The notes: a model not told the origin generated them from the sequence alone. Positions 10,205 to 19,376 are shown, counted from the first letter of the stretch. The stretch is DNA of 58,924 nucleotides from a virus (IMGVR_UViG_3300037119_004955:1-58924); one strand, 5' to 3'. Made by a program: numbers and translations.

Positions 10205-11253
10205 GCTGCACCACCCGTCATCCTAGACGCTCTGGTCACCCGCACTAGCTCTCTGGTGAGGAGGCACATTCTGGGGAGAGTAGCCCTATCGTCCGTCCAC
10301 CCACCACTGCCGTTGTCTATCGTACCGTAGATCATGTTGTTCGCATACCCTGCTGCCTGTAGGTCCGCGTACGCAGACCCGTCCTGGATGTTCCAATACG
10401 CGGGAGTGGTAGAGTTGCCGGTGAACGTCGTTACCACCCTGTAGTTCGTGCCAGCCTTCAACTTTATGTCCGGTATTAGGAATCCCTGCGCTCCTGCTTG
10501 TGAGTTCGTCGGAAACGCATCCGCAGCCCTCACCAGTGTGCCAGCAGGAGCAGTCGTCCCCTCATAAAACTCTAGATTACCCATACTGGCCGGCACGTTC
10601 ATCCTTACTCCGAAGACTGTGACCGGCGAGTCCAGCGACTCGATCCTTAACCCTCTCCTCAGTTGGTTACTGGCATAGTTTGCAGTCTGGGTGTACGGCA
10701 CGCCATACAGTATGGTCGTCGTCCCGTCCGTGAACCGCAACACCACCGTAGGCCATCCTGCTGTCGTGGGCGTGCCGGACGTCCAGGCGTTCGAGGTAGT
10801 GTGAGCCAGGAACATCGGCTGCTGCGCACCGATCTGTCCCACAAGCGATCCCTGTACTGTGGGGAAGTTCGTGGCCGGACTACCGTCAGCGTTCGCTATC
10901 GTCACCCAGTACACCACTCCGGCCGTCACGGTGAATGGCGAACCAAACGTGTACTTGTTCCACCGGTTCGCAGTCCCGTTCCACGCAGCAGTCACCGTCG
11001 AGTGATTGCCAGCTGCCGGCACTGTGGCAGACGATCCGTATGCCCGAAGCTGCACGGTGACATTTCCAGCAGCACCGGAGGAGGCAGTCGTGAAGATGTA
11101 GACGTCCACAAGGGGCAACGATGCTGGAGCCACAAAACGCCATCCCTCTCCAGAGTTAGCCGACGAGAGCGCGACGTTATGGTTCGTCCCGATGTTACCG
11201 GGACTTGCCCCAAGGTAGGGGCAGTTGATCATTCCGCCTAGAAAGTCCATCAT
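10198..11253 (-). CDS. Putative virion structural protein (two jelly-roll-like beta domains)
   Basis: Thr/Gly/Asn-rich beta-strand composition; in the late operon. Confidence 0.55.
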   Translation of the reverse strand: MMDFLGGMINCPYLGASPGNIGTNHNVALSSANSGEGWRFVAPASLPLVDVYIFTTASSGAAGNVTVQLRAYGSSATVPAAGNHSTVTAAWNGTANRWNKYTFGSPFTVTAGVVYWVTIANADGSPATNFPTVQGSLVGQIGAQQPMFLAHTTSNAWTSGTPTTAGWPTVVLRFTDGTTTILYGVPYTQTANYASNQLRRGLRIESLDSPVTVFGVRMNVPASMGNLEFYEGTTAPAGTLVRAADAFPTNSQAGAQGFLIPDIKLKAGTNYRVVTTFTGNSTTPAYWNIQDGSAYADLQAAGYANNMIYGTIDNGSGGWTDDRATLPRMCLLTRELVRVTRASRMTGGAAC

Positions 11254-11291
11254 ACGTCGTCCGCCTAGTACGCCTTCACATCAACATTGTC

Positions 11292-12302
11292 CTACATCTT
11301 CCGGACCTGAGAGCTAAAGTTCTTGATGCGCCAGTTGCCACGCTCCCGATACTGGAGGATAGCGCTGTCATGTAGTTCGACGTTGTACGCAAAGAGACCA
11401 GCGATGTCAGTGTCGATACGGTAGTTGCTGGCGAACAGTTCTCTGTTACGTCCAGCATTGTCATCGTTTAGTTCGTTCCACTGGTTCGTCATGTCCACGC
11501 GAGACCCGCCAATAGCCCCGTCCACAAAGTAGTACAGCCATCTCGCGAACGAGCCCTCGATCCCCATGTTATCTATCCGCAGCAAGTTCTGGACGCCCAC
11601 CAGCTGTATCAGCCCATCCTGAGCAGACTGATCTACGATACCGTTAAAAGCGCAGACCCATCCAGAGAACGAAGACTTCTGCCGTGCTGTGCCGATGTAC
11701 ATCGCGTCGGCTTTACGCCCGGCATACACCATCTGAATGTTTGTCACGTTGTGTCGATAGTTGGTGTATGATATTTCTCCGCCTCCCATGACTTGCCCGA
11801 CAGACCCTCCGCTCTTGTGTCGCAGGTTGTGCATGTCCATCGCATAGCAGCCAAGCCCTGTCGTACTCGGATCGTCTGATCCCCACCGGAACCCTATGTT
11901 GTCGATCTCGATGCCCTGGGTCTCGTGCGCGATACAGGTCTCGGACAGTCCGATAGCACATTTCGGCTGTACATCAAAGTCTGTCCCACCTACGTCTACG
12001 ATCATATCCGACACCTTGCCGTTGGTGTAGAAGCCATGACCGTTGACGGACTCGAACAATGCTACCGGCATCCCATTCGTCGTAAACAGTCTGGTGCCGA
12101 GTCGCTCTCCACGCAGCCATACTCCTGGCTTAATGAGCAGCGGCGTAGCTGCGATCTCGATGTCGCCAATAGGTAGCTGCACAACACCGCCATACGTGCC
12201 GGATCCATGAAAGATCCTCGACCCATCGGTAGCTGCTGCGTTGGCAGCATCTATCGCTGCTTGGATGTCGGCTTGATCTGCGCCTGGGTCAAGAATACTC
12301 AT
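11292..12302 (-). CDS. Pectate-lyase-like beta-helix protein (tailspike/depolymerase candidate)
   Basis: DQADIQAAIDAA...GGVVQLP.G...LLIKPGVWLRG is the typical beta-helix N-cap. Confidence 0.7.
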   Translation of the reverse strand: MSILDPGADQADIQAAIDAANAAATDGSRIFHGSGTYGGVVQLPIGDIEIAATPLLIKPGVWLRGERLGTRLFTTNGMPVALFESVNGHGFYTNGKVSDMIVDVGGTDFDVQPKCAIGLSETCIAHETQGIEIDNIGFRWGSDDPSTTGLGCYAMDMHNLRHKSGGSVGQVMGGGEISYTNYRHNVTNIQMVYAGRKADAMYIGTARQKSSFSGWVCAFNGIVDQSAQDGLIQLVGVQNLLRIDNMGIEGSFARWLYYFVDGAIGGSRVDMTNQWNELNDDNAGRNRELFASNYRIDTDIAGLFAYNVELHDSAILQYRERGNWRIKNFSSQVRKM

Positions 12303-13285
12303 GCTCCGCCACCTTCCACCGGGAATACATACGGTGTAGACGTAAAGGGACTATCGAAGTGCCATCCGGTCACCGGCTCGCTGGTAACCGTCAGCGTCCT
12401 ATCCTGGATGGCACCGCCGGGAGAGTACGTGATTGTCACGAAGTCCGCGCTCTTGTCGAATATAGAGACTGGCGTCCCCATGCCGGATACCTGAAACATT
12501 GAAATGTCCGCCCCGGTATCAGGCTGAGCACTCATTGTTGGTTCAAACGTAAATGTCACTCTCGTCGAGGTTGTCTGCTCAGCAAAGATCAGAACCGTCT
12601 CTACTGTTGGCTCCACAGTAGTGCCGGTGGTCGGGACAATGAGGAACGAGTCTCCGAACGTCAGACCAGACGGAGCAGCATCAATCACATACGTCTGTGA
12701 ACCGGTGGAGTTCTCTGGGACAACCACTTGTATGATGTTGGCTCCCAAAGAAGTCGGCGTCGCGCTCACGTACTGCCCACCGATCTCGATCTCGTAAGGA
12801 ACCACCCCTGGGGTGATCGCTACCGTAGTGGTGAACGTCAGGCTGAACGTATTGGTTCCAGTTCTGGCCACCGACACAAGAGTGCCGGACACCGGAGCGA
12901 TGATGTCGGTAGAGGTGTTGCCGATATGTCCGTGTGTGATGTTTGCCGAAATACTCACCCCGACCATACCACGCATCCTAACCTCTTTTGCCTCGGCGTC
13001 CAGATACACGTCCACATCGCTCAGATTGTCTAGTTTGACATTATCTTCCAGAAGATGGTCTATCACAAAGTCGCCATCCTCCTCTACTTTCAGTGCATAT
13101 ACGTGACGAATCCACCCTCCCCCGACGAACCCATCCGCCCTCTTGAGCGCAGCGTTGATCTCATAAAAGTGGTAACCAGGACTTAACGACACAGATGCTA
13201 CGGTCTCGATAGTGCCGCCGTCAGACTCTGGACTGACGTTACTTGAGCTACTCCCGCTCCCGCTACCTGCTCTGTAGTATAGCAT
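12299..13285 (-). CDS. Putative structural protein with Ig-like domains
   Basis: Beta-rich, Thr/Ser-rich, 328 aa; ATGA-coupled to the downstream gene. Confidence 0.55.
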   Translation of the reverse strand: MLYYRAGSGSGSSSSNVSPESDGGTIETVASVSLSPGYHFYEINAALKRADGFVGGGWIRHVYALKVEEDGDFVIDHLLEDNVKLDNLSDVDVYLDAEAKEVRMRGMVGVSISANITHGHIGNTSTDIIAPVSGTLVSVARTGTNTFSLTFTTTVAITPGVVPYEIEIGGQYVSATPTSLGANIIQVVVPENSTGSQTYVIDAAPSGLTFGDSFLIVPTTGTTVEPTVETVLIFAEQTTSTRVTFTFEPTMSAQPDTGADISMFQVSGMGTPVSIFDKSADFVTITYSPGGAIQDRTLTVTSEPVTGWHFDSPFTSTPYVFPVEGGGA

Positions 13286-13355
13286 AGATCACCGCAACCA
13301 TCTTCTGGAGAAAAACAGACTAACCTACCACTGCTGCTACTAGCTGCCGGTCCGA

Positions 13356-13748
13356 CTAGAACCCGAACTGCAACTCCACTGTGCATCCGTCATCGCTCTT
13401 GGCATAGAACTTCACCGCGCCGGTCCCCTCAAAGTTGAACGTGAACTGAAAGTCGTCACCGTCCGCCGTAGTCCAAAGTCCCTCGGTGGCAGACTGCATC
13501 ATCTCGGACACCAGATCCCAGTCCGAGTCTTCCATCGCCGTCACGTACGTACCTCCGTTGTAGCTGGCACAGTCCATGCGGAACCCTGTGAGATCACCGC
13601 CACCACGCACCTTTCCGGTGACCCTGGTCACTCCCGGCAGCAGACTCACATCTACCGTCGCCACCAGTTCAAACTCGTCGTTACCCGACACCGTGACGGC
13701 ACCGGTAGTCTTCGCACCCACGTTGTCGAGAGACAGAGACGTTGACAT
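13356..13748 (-). CDS. Hypothetical beta-sandwich virion protein
   Basis: AGGAG RBS; late operon context. Confidence 0.55.
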   Translation of the reverse strand: MSTSLSLDNVGAKTTGAVTVSGNDEFELVATVDVSLLPGVTRVTGKVRGGGDLTGFRMDCASYNGGTYVTAMEDSDWDLVSEMMQSATEGLWTTADGDDFQFTFNFEGTGAVKFYAKSDDGCTVELQFGF

Positions 13749-13777
13749 GACTTCTCCTACCTGATGTAGATAGCCGA

Positions 13778-15427
13778 CTAACGTTGAGGTTGAGTTGCCG
13801 GCACTGAATGAGCCTTCGTCTTCACAACGTTACCATGCTTGTCGAGTTCGGTCTCCGTGATCACAATGGTGCCGGCATCTTCTGGAGGTAAAGGTGGGAC
13901 AGTCGGGTCAGGACGAAGGCCGACCTGAGTCCATACCTCACTGCTTTCGCTTGTCCCCTTCAACGCCTTGAACCCGAACTCCCACTTGTTCTCGCTGATG
14001 TCAGGCGGGTCTGGCGGCACCTTCACATCCATCTTGTTCACGCCGTCCGGGAGGGTGCCGATGTTCTCCCAGTCCGTGCCGCGCGTCCGACGCATGATGG
14101 TAAGCACGCCTGGCTCTCTCGTTATCTGCCACGTGAGCGTCGAGAACGAATACCAGGACTCAGCGGTGAAGTTCAGCGTAGGTAGTGTGGTCGGCGGTAT
14201 CGGTGGTATCGGCACGACTGGGCCTGTCGTAGCACGAGGAGGGGTGGGTGGCATCTCGGATAACGGCCTGTTCGTGTTTGGTCTGCCAAGATCGACCCAC
14301 GTACCGTTGCCGCCATGACCAGATGGTTCTCCACCCACCGCTGCCCCGCCATACCACTCAAAGCTATCGCCGTACGAGATAGCAGTGCTGCGCTTGTCTC
14401 CCTTGAAGGCATAGTTCTCGTATATCGGCCTATTCTTGCCGCAGGTCACGATACCAGCGATACCGATACCGCCGTAAGTGTTCCAGCGGCAGTACCCGGA
14501 CAGGCCAGCATCCTCGATGAAGTAGCTACCACGCAACACACCGCTGCTGTCCTTCTGTCCGGGTCCACCGTTGTTGATTCGTCCGTCCAGGAAGTTCTTT
14601 TCGATCACGACGTTGTGCGAGAACTGGAGCGGCACAGACACGTGCATTCCGTCCCAAAACTGCTGCCACTTGGATGCGATGATGTTCTCCGCGTAGGTGA
14701 ACGCACCTCCTGGGTTCGCCAGCGTGCAGCCGTGATCTTGAGCCTCCCACGACATCCTGCGTAGGTTCGTGAAGTAGTTTCCCCGTACCTCAAAGCCGTG
14801 GTGCCGGCCATCGGAGTGACCGCCATCGTGCACCCTGTCAAAGAGGTTCCACGACACCCTCCCACCCACGTTCCACAGGTCGTGGGCACGATCAGAGTTG
14901 AGGGAGTTCACGTACCGGTTGTCCTCGGACACAAAGTTCTCGTTATATCCGTACGCCCGCAACGCGATACGGTTGTAGTATGAGCCGTCATACCCCCACG
15001 TGAACGTACACTTTCGCCACTCCATGTCTTTGGACCCATCCATCCAGAAGAGTCCGTTGTTGCTCACAAACATCAAGTTCTTGAACTTGGCACCCACGAT
15101 ATTCTGCACCGCTGCAGTCCATGCGTGACAACGCTTGTTCTGCTGACCCAGAGCAGCATCTTTCGGCACCACACTCCAGAGGACGGCACTTTCTGGAGAT
15201 GAACAGGTGTAAGTTATGTCGCCGCGGAACACGACGGATCCGTTCAAGTTTGTCGTGCCGGCGGGGAACATGATGATTGATTTAGGTGCGGCAGCGTTGA
15301 TAGCGTTCTGCACCGACACCAGATCATCCCCACCATCATTTGTGGTGTGCGTGAGGGTGATGGTCTGTCCCACGCACGGCAGGCAGGCGACAGCAAGGAC
15401 GATGGAAGCCGAGACTGGCTTGATCAT
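13778..15427 (-). CDS. Secreted right-handed beta-helix protein with Pro linker and FN3-like domain
   Basis: Signal-peptide-like N-terminus, VQNAINAA...IMFPAG N-cap, Asn-rich coils, C-terminal PATQP. Confidence 0.7.
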   Translation of the reverse strand: MIKPVSASIVLAVACLPCVGQTITLTHTTNDGGDDLVSVQNAINAAAPKSIIMFPAGTTNLNGSVVFRGDITYTCSSPESAVLWSVVPKDAALGQQNKRCHAWTAAVQNIVGAKFKNLMFVSNNGLFWMDGSKDMEWRKCTFTWGYDGSYYNRIALRAYGYNENFVSEDNRYVNSLNSDRAHDLWNVGGRVSWNLFDRVHDGGHSDGRHHGFEVRGNYFTNLRRMSWEAQDHGCTLANPGGAFTYAENIIASKWQQFWDGMHVSVPLQFSHNVVIEKNFLDGRINNGGPGQKDSSGVLRGSYFIEDAGLSGYCRWNTYGGIGIAGIVTCGKNRPIYENYAFKGDKRSTAISYGDSFEWYGGAAVGGEPSGHGGNGTWVDLGRPNTNRPLSEMPPTPPRATTGPVVPIPPIPPTTLPTLNFTAESWYSFSTLTWQITREPGVLTIMRRTRGTDWENIGTLPDGVNKMDVKVPPDPPDISENKWEFGFKALKGTSESSEVWTQVGLRPDPTVPPLPPEDAGTIVITETELDKHGNVVKTKAHSVPATQPQR

Positions 15428-15463
15428 TGTTTTTCTCCAGAAGATGCTTCGCGATCGCGGTCA

Positions 15464-15550
15464 GCTTAGCTTATCGGAGCTTATCGGAGCTTATCGGAGC
15501 TTATCGGAGCTTATCGGAGCTTATCGGAGCTTAGCTTATCGGAGCTTAGC
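15464..15550. repeat. Tandem repeat of TTATCGGAGC (7 copies plus TTAGC partial units)
   Basis: Six contiguous copies at 15471-15530 and one at 15536-15545. Confidence 0.95.
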
Positions 15551-15552
15551 AG

Positions 15553-15735
15553 TCAGCTTTGAGCAGCCGCTACCACTCGCACCTCGTGCGGCGCAGGAGC
15601 GTGACCCACATAGTAATCACATAGCACCTTCCACCGAGCATTGTCGCCTTCCGGGAGGTGTGGGTTCGGGTCACCGCCGCTAAACATCTGACGGGGTTCC
15701 AGACGCTCTACGAACGTGGGACGCAGGACGTTCAT
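15553..15735 (-). CDS. Small LEPR-xLL motif protein
   Basis: VERLEPRQMFS near the N-terminus; ATGA-coupled to the upstream gene. Confidence 0.65.
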   Translation of the reverse strand: MNVLRPTFVERLEPRQMFSGGDPNPHLPEGDNARWKVLCDYYVGHAPAPHEVRVVAAAQS

Positions 15736-16145
15736 GACTTGTCTTTCTGAGGTTCTTGGACCTCTGACAACGACTTCTTAGGACCACTTAGTATCTCCCC
15801 CAGACGGCGCTCCACCCGCACCTGAAAGATCGTGAGCACGATCAGGCAGTACGGACCAATCACACGTAGAAGGACCGCATCAAAGTGATTGTCGAGGTGG
15901 AGGGTGTGGATACGATGAGCAGATATGGCACCGCCCCACAACGCCAGGGATGTGATCACCCAATACGTAAGGGCTGCGCCGATATGTAGCTTAGTCAGCA
16001 TGCGGATGCCTTCACAGTCACGACGCTGGAGGACCCTTTTTCGGTCTCGCCACTCTTTTACTACGAGCAGGGTCTGCCACACCAGAGCCATGAGCGTCAC
16101 CGCTAGCATCGCTAGGTTCACGACGTTCCAGTTTAAGGCCGGCAT
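15732..16145 (-). CDS. Membrane protein with three TM helices (holin-like)
   Basis: Three hydrophobic segments, charged C-terminus, AAGGA RBS. Confidence 0.55.
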   Translation of the reverse strand: MPALNWNVVNLAMLAVTLMALVWQTLLVVKEWRDRKRVLQRRDCEGIRMLTKLHIGAALTYWVITSLALWGGAISAHRIHTLHLDNHFDAVLLRVIGPYCLIVLTIFQVRVERRLGEILSGPKKSLSEVQEPQKDKS

Positions 16146-16392
16146 ATAAGTCCTTGAAAAAGTCTTCTGTGAACTTAAGACGCGCTTCTAGTGACTCAGA
16201 GCCATCAGCGGAAATCGACCTAGTTTTAGCTTTAGCTCGCTGTAGCTGTATCTCCGCATTGAGGTTTTCTTCGACCTGCTCGACGTACCACCCCGGCACA
16301 AACCACTTCATCCAGATAGCTACGATGACCATCACCAGGATGGCACCTGGTAGTCCGAACGTCCTGACAAGATCATTCAGTTCTTCGGCCAT
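16018..16392 (-). CDS. Holin/spanin-like membrane protein
   Basis: N-terminal TM (FGLPGAILVMVIVAIW) followed by coiled coil. Confidence 0.5.
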   Translation of the reverse strand: MAEELNDLVRTFGLPGAILVMVIVAIWMKWFVPGWYVEQVEENLNAEIQLQRAKAKTRSISADGSESLEARLKFTEDFFKDLYAGLKLERREPSDASGDAHGSGVADPARSKRVARPKKGPPAS

Positions 16393-16525
16393 GTCGGCAT
16401 CTTCTGGAGAAGAAGCTGAGGGCGGGTCACCGAATACCGTCCTCAGCTAGGGTACCGTAACGCACGGGACCCACCCTCGGAAATACTTTCTCCGTGCCAT
16501 CGGGGTATTGGTTATCAAACATCCG

Positions 16526-16780
16526 TCACCTCGGAGCGGCAGGTCGAGGACGCTCCGATGCTGGGATATCATTTTGAAACTTCAGCACGGCACTTCCTCC
16601 AGTCGATATCAGCGTCGGTGATGATAGGGCGGAGGGAGCGGCAGAGTCGCCGGTGGTGGATGAATCATGGCTGAGGGTATGTCGAGAACAACCTATAGTG
16701 CCGGTGATGGCGAGAATCGTCAGAATCAATAGGACGATAGCAGCGACTAAGTATGTGATGTTTTCTGAGCGTTTAGTCAT
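16526..16780 (-). CDS. Putative lipoprotein
   Basis: Basic N-terminus, hydrophobic stretch, lipobox-like TIGC; ATG 16780 with GAGGA RBS. Confidence 0.55.
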   Translation of the reverse strand: MTKRSENITYLVAAIVLLILTILAITGTIGCSRHTLSHDSSTTGDSAAPSALSSPTLISTGGSAVLKFQNDIPASERPRPAAPR

Positions 16781-17085
16781 GATGCGCCGTCCTCTGGAGG
16801 AAAACATGACGAGGGTCGAAGACGAGGATCGTTGAGCGTAGAGGAAAACACGACGAGCCTGCCGGCAGGAAAGACCGATGGCCGGAGGTCCTAGCTTGCT
16901 CAGGGCTCGACCGCGCTTCAGACTCGCCGTGAGTGCCGTGAGTGTCGAGATCGCGCGCCGCATTAGCGGCGAAGCCGCACTCACCCTGAGTGCCGTGATT
17001 GCTGACGCTGAGATCGCGCATCGCATGAGTGCTGATGCGTCGATGATAGGAACCCGCTTTTCGCGGCTGGAGGGGCGAGGCTGAG

Positions 17086-17115
17086 GCTATAAAGCCTTTC
17101 AACATGCGCAGTCAA
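17086..17115 (-). promoter_or_regulatory. Candidate leftward (late-operon) promoter
   Basis: TTGACT-N18-TATAGC on the minus strand upstream of the late operon. Confidence 0.3.
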
Positions 17116-17448
17116 TGGCAGCAAGGCGGGGTTTTAGCAAAAGTTATTTACGCGGTCGCGTAAATACGCAAAAAACAGTAAAAAGGGATGATAGTGATAA
17201 CTATAGCAAATAAGCGCGGTGACGTGACGGTTAAAAGTGATGATAGCCTAAAACGTGATGTGGGTGGGGACGAGTAAAAGTGAGGAGAGGCTAGAACGTG
17301 ATGCGTTTAAGGGTACGGGCTAGAGGAGAGGAGAGACTAGAACGTGATGCGTTTCACGGGAGAGGGAGACGCCGGGATCCGCGCTTCCATGCGCCGCGGC
17401 GAACCGGGAGGGGCCTGAAAAAAAAAGCTTTTTTTTCGGCTTTTTCTT

Positions 17449-17477
17449 TTGCTTTTCTCCCGGCTTTCGGTTAAACT
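17449..17477 (+). promoter_or_regulatory. Sigma70-type promoter P1
   Basis: TTGCTT-N17-TAAACT with upstream A/T tracts. Confidence 0.75.
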
Positions 17478-17552
17478 TCCCCCTTCGGAAGCGCGGCCCG
17501 CCGGGCCCGCCCGAAAAAAAGTTCAACCCCGCGCAGCGGGAAAGGAAACGCC

Positions 17553-17735
17553 GTGGCAGACTCCCTAGAAAACCTTTTAGCCCTTCAAGCCGGACTTTTG
17601 GCCGCGCAGGAAAAATTGGCTGAAACCGAAAAACTTTCAGCGGGCTACGCCAAGCGCGTTCTGAAAGAGCAAGGTTTGGTTAAAGTTCTGGAAGAAAAGT
17701 TTGCGGCCGCCAAGGCAAACTTCGGTAAAAAGTAG
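17553..17735 (+). CDS. Small coiled-coil early protein (paralog of 18615-18818)
   Basis: GAAAGGA RBS; shares KLAETEK..GYA.RV.KE and KF.AAKA.FGKK with the paralog. Confidence 0.75.
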   Translation: MADSLENLLALQAGLLAAQEKLAETEKLSAGYAKRVLKEQGLVKVLEEKFAAAKANFGKK

Positions 17736-17794
17736 GCCGGGGCCGGGGGGGGCCCTTGCCTTTTCTCTAACTCTCAGAAAGGAGAGGTTACAGG

Positions 17795-18022
17795 TTGACA
17801 GGACCAAGAAAAGCTCTTTGTGAGGCCCTTCGACTCTGGGCAGTCGAGGGAACTCCTCCTCACCCGTCCGTGTTTCGCGCAGCCTCTGAGGCTGCAGTCG
17901 AGGGTCTCGACTGTGACTCAGAGGGGCAGCCTCCCGACAGCGTGCAAGAAGCTAGACTGCACCTGCTGTGTAACGCGCTCGACGAAGTTGAGCGAGACTG
18001 GGAGGTGCCTCCCGGCTTCTAA
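17795..18022 (+). CDS. Hypothetical early protein
   Basis: GAAAGGAGAGG RBS upstream; TTG start. Confidence 0.55.
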   Translation: MTGPRKALCEALRLWAVEGTPPHPSVFRAASEAAVEGLDCDSEGQPPDSVQEARLHLLCNALDEVERDWEVPPGF

Positions 18023-18130
18023 CCGAGACCCTCAAGCCAACCCGCTTCTGCAAGGAACAGGAGCGGGCTGCTTGAAGGTTACGTTATGCAACCCCTAGAA
18101 AAAAAAAGCGTTTTTTTCCCGGTTTTTCTT

Positions 18131-18159
18131 TTGCTTTTTCCCGCCCGCCCGGCGAAAAT
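18131..18159 (+). promoter_or_regulatory. Sigma70-type promoter P2
   Basis: TTGCTT-N17-GAAAAT; upstream region similar to P1. Confidence 0.65.
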
Positions 18160-18227
18160 CGGGCCTCGCCCGCCCGGCGGCGCGACCCCGGTTCCAGGGA
18201 ATGGAACGAAACGAGAAAGGAAACGAC

Positions 18228-18485
18228 ATGCCAGAGGACACGAAAAAGGACAGCCCGCTTTTGCGGTGGGCCAAGCACATTCGACAAGGAGAGAACACCC
18301 TAGCGGCCCTCGCCTTGCACGAGGCGGTTCAACAGGCAACCGGCACAAAAGTTGGGGAAACAACCGTCCGGGTTCAAGCCACTCCAAGGGAGTACTTGTG
18401 CCGGATGAAAAGCCTTTTCAGGCTAGCAGCCGACGAGGCCCTGGAAGAAGAGGTTAAAGGTTACGAAGCCCGCAACCCCGGTTAG
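18228..18485 (+). CDS. Hypothetical early protein
   Basis: GAAAGGA RBS before ATG 18228. Confidence 0.65.
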   Translation: MPEDTKKDSPLLRWAKHIRQGENTLAALALHEAVQQATGTKVGETTVRVQATPREYLCRMKSLFRLAADEALEEEVKGYEARNPG

Positions 18486-18614
18486 TCCCCCAAGCCAACC
18501 CGCCCCAGCAATGGGACGGGCTGCTTGTGGAACTTCCACCCGGTTGTCCTGCCCGGTAAGACAGGACAGAACCCCTCAACCGTCACCCACTGGGTGCGGG
18601 AAAGGAACCGTATC

Positions 18615-18818
18615 ATGGCAGAGGCAACCAAGCCAGCCAAGGGCTCATTGGACGAACTGTTCGCACTCCAACAGGAGATGGATGCAGCCAACCGCAAGTT
18701 GGCCGAGACTGAGAAGGCATCCAAGGGTTACGCGAATCGCGTGATCAAGGAGCGTGCCATCGCGCAGGACCTGGAAGCCAAGTTCACGGCTGCCAAGGCA
18801 TCGTTCGGCAAGAAGTAA
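18615..18818 (+). CDS. Small coiled-coil early protein (paralog of 17553-17735)
   Basis: GGGAAAGGA RBS; clear similarity to the paralog. Confidence 0.75.
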   Translation: MAEATKPAKGSLDELFALQQEMDAANRKLAETEKASKGYANRVIKERAIAQDLEAKFTAAKASFGKK

Positions 18819-18904
18819 TCAGCCGGAGGCCGGAGCAACCCTCTCCTGGAGAAAAACCAGGAGAGGCCTCTCCGACAACCTGTTGGTTGCGGGAAAGGAC
18901 TGTT

Positions 18905-19090
18905 ATGAGGAACCCAAGAACGGGACGGGTCCGCTTGGACACGGAGTCCGCCTACCAGGAGGCGACTGCTGGTCGCGATGAGGAAGTGCCGGTGCGCTTC
19001 CTTGCCGAGGAAGGCAACGGCTGGGATTATATCGACACCAGTTGCCCCGGCCAACCCAAGGATCCGGATTACGAATACGGCCCGGATTAG
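18905..19090 (+). CDS. Hypothetical acidic early protein
   Basis: GCGGGAAAGGA RBS. Confidence 0.6.
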   Translation: MRNPRTGRVRLDTESAYQEATAGRDEEVPVRFLAEEGNGWDYIDTSCPGQPKDPDYEYGPD

Positions 19091-19166
19091 ACACCCGGAG
19101 CAACCCTCTCCTACCACAGGAGAGGGCTCTCCGATTGTCTGATTCTGGACACGGAAAGGAGTTTCT

Positions 19167-19376
19167 ATGGATCCGATTCGAGTGGCAGTGCCCGACAGCA
19201 AGGCGGTGCTTTGCGCGGTCATTTCGCCTGCTGGTCAATTCGACACGCCCAAGATTGAAATCTGGGCACGAGACCCGGCTATGGAGCCGGACGACAGCCG
19301 TCTTCCCACCAGAAAGGAAATCGCCGACGCAGGAATGGCGCTCGTCAGTTTCATTCAAGACGCTCTGCCGGGATAA
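19167..19376 (+). CDS. Hypothetical early protein
   Basis: GGAAAGGAG RBS. Confidence 0.65.
   Translation: MDPIRVAVPDSKAVLCAVISPAGQFDTPKIEIWARDPAMEPDDSRLPTRKEIADAGMALVSFIQDALPG

Noticed and set aside
15464-15550. CRISPR array
   Set aside because: Contiguous 10-bp units without spacers; no cas operon
16773-17105. ORFs on either strand upstream of the lipoprotein gene
   Set aside because: Mutually overlapping candidates with no recognisable features; coding status cannot be determined from sequence alone
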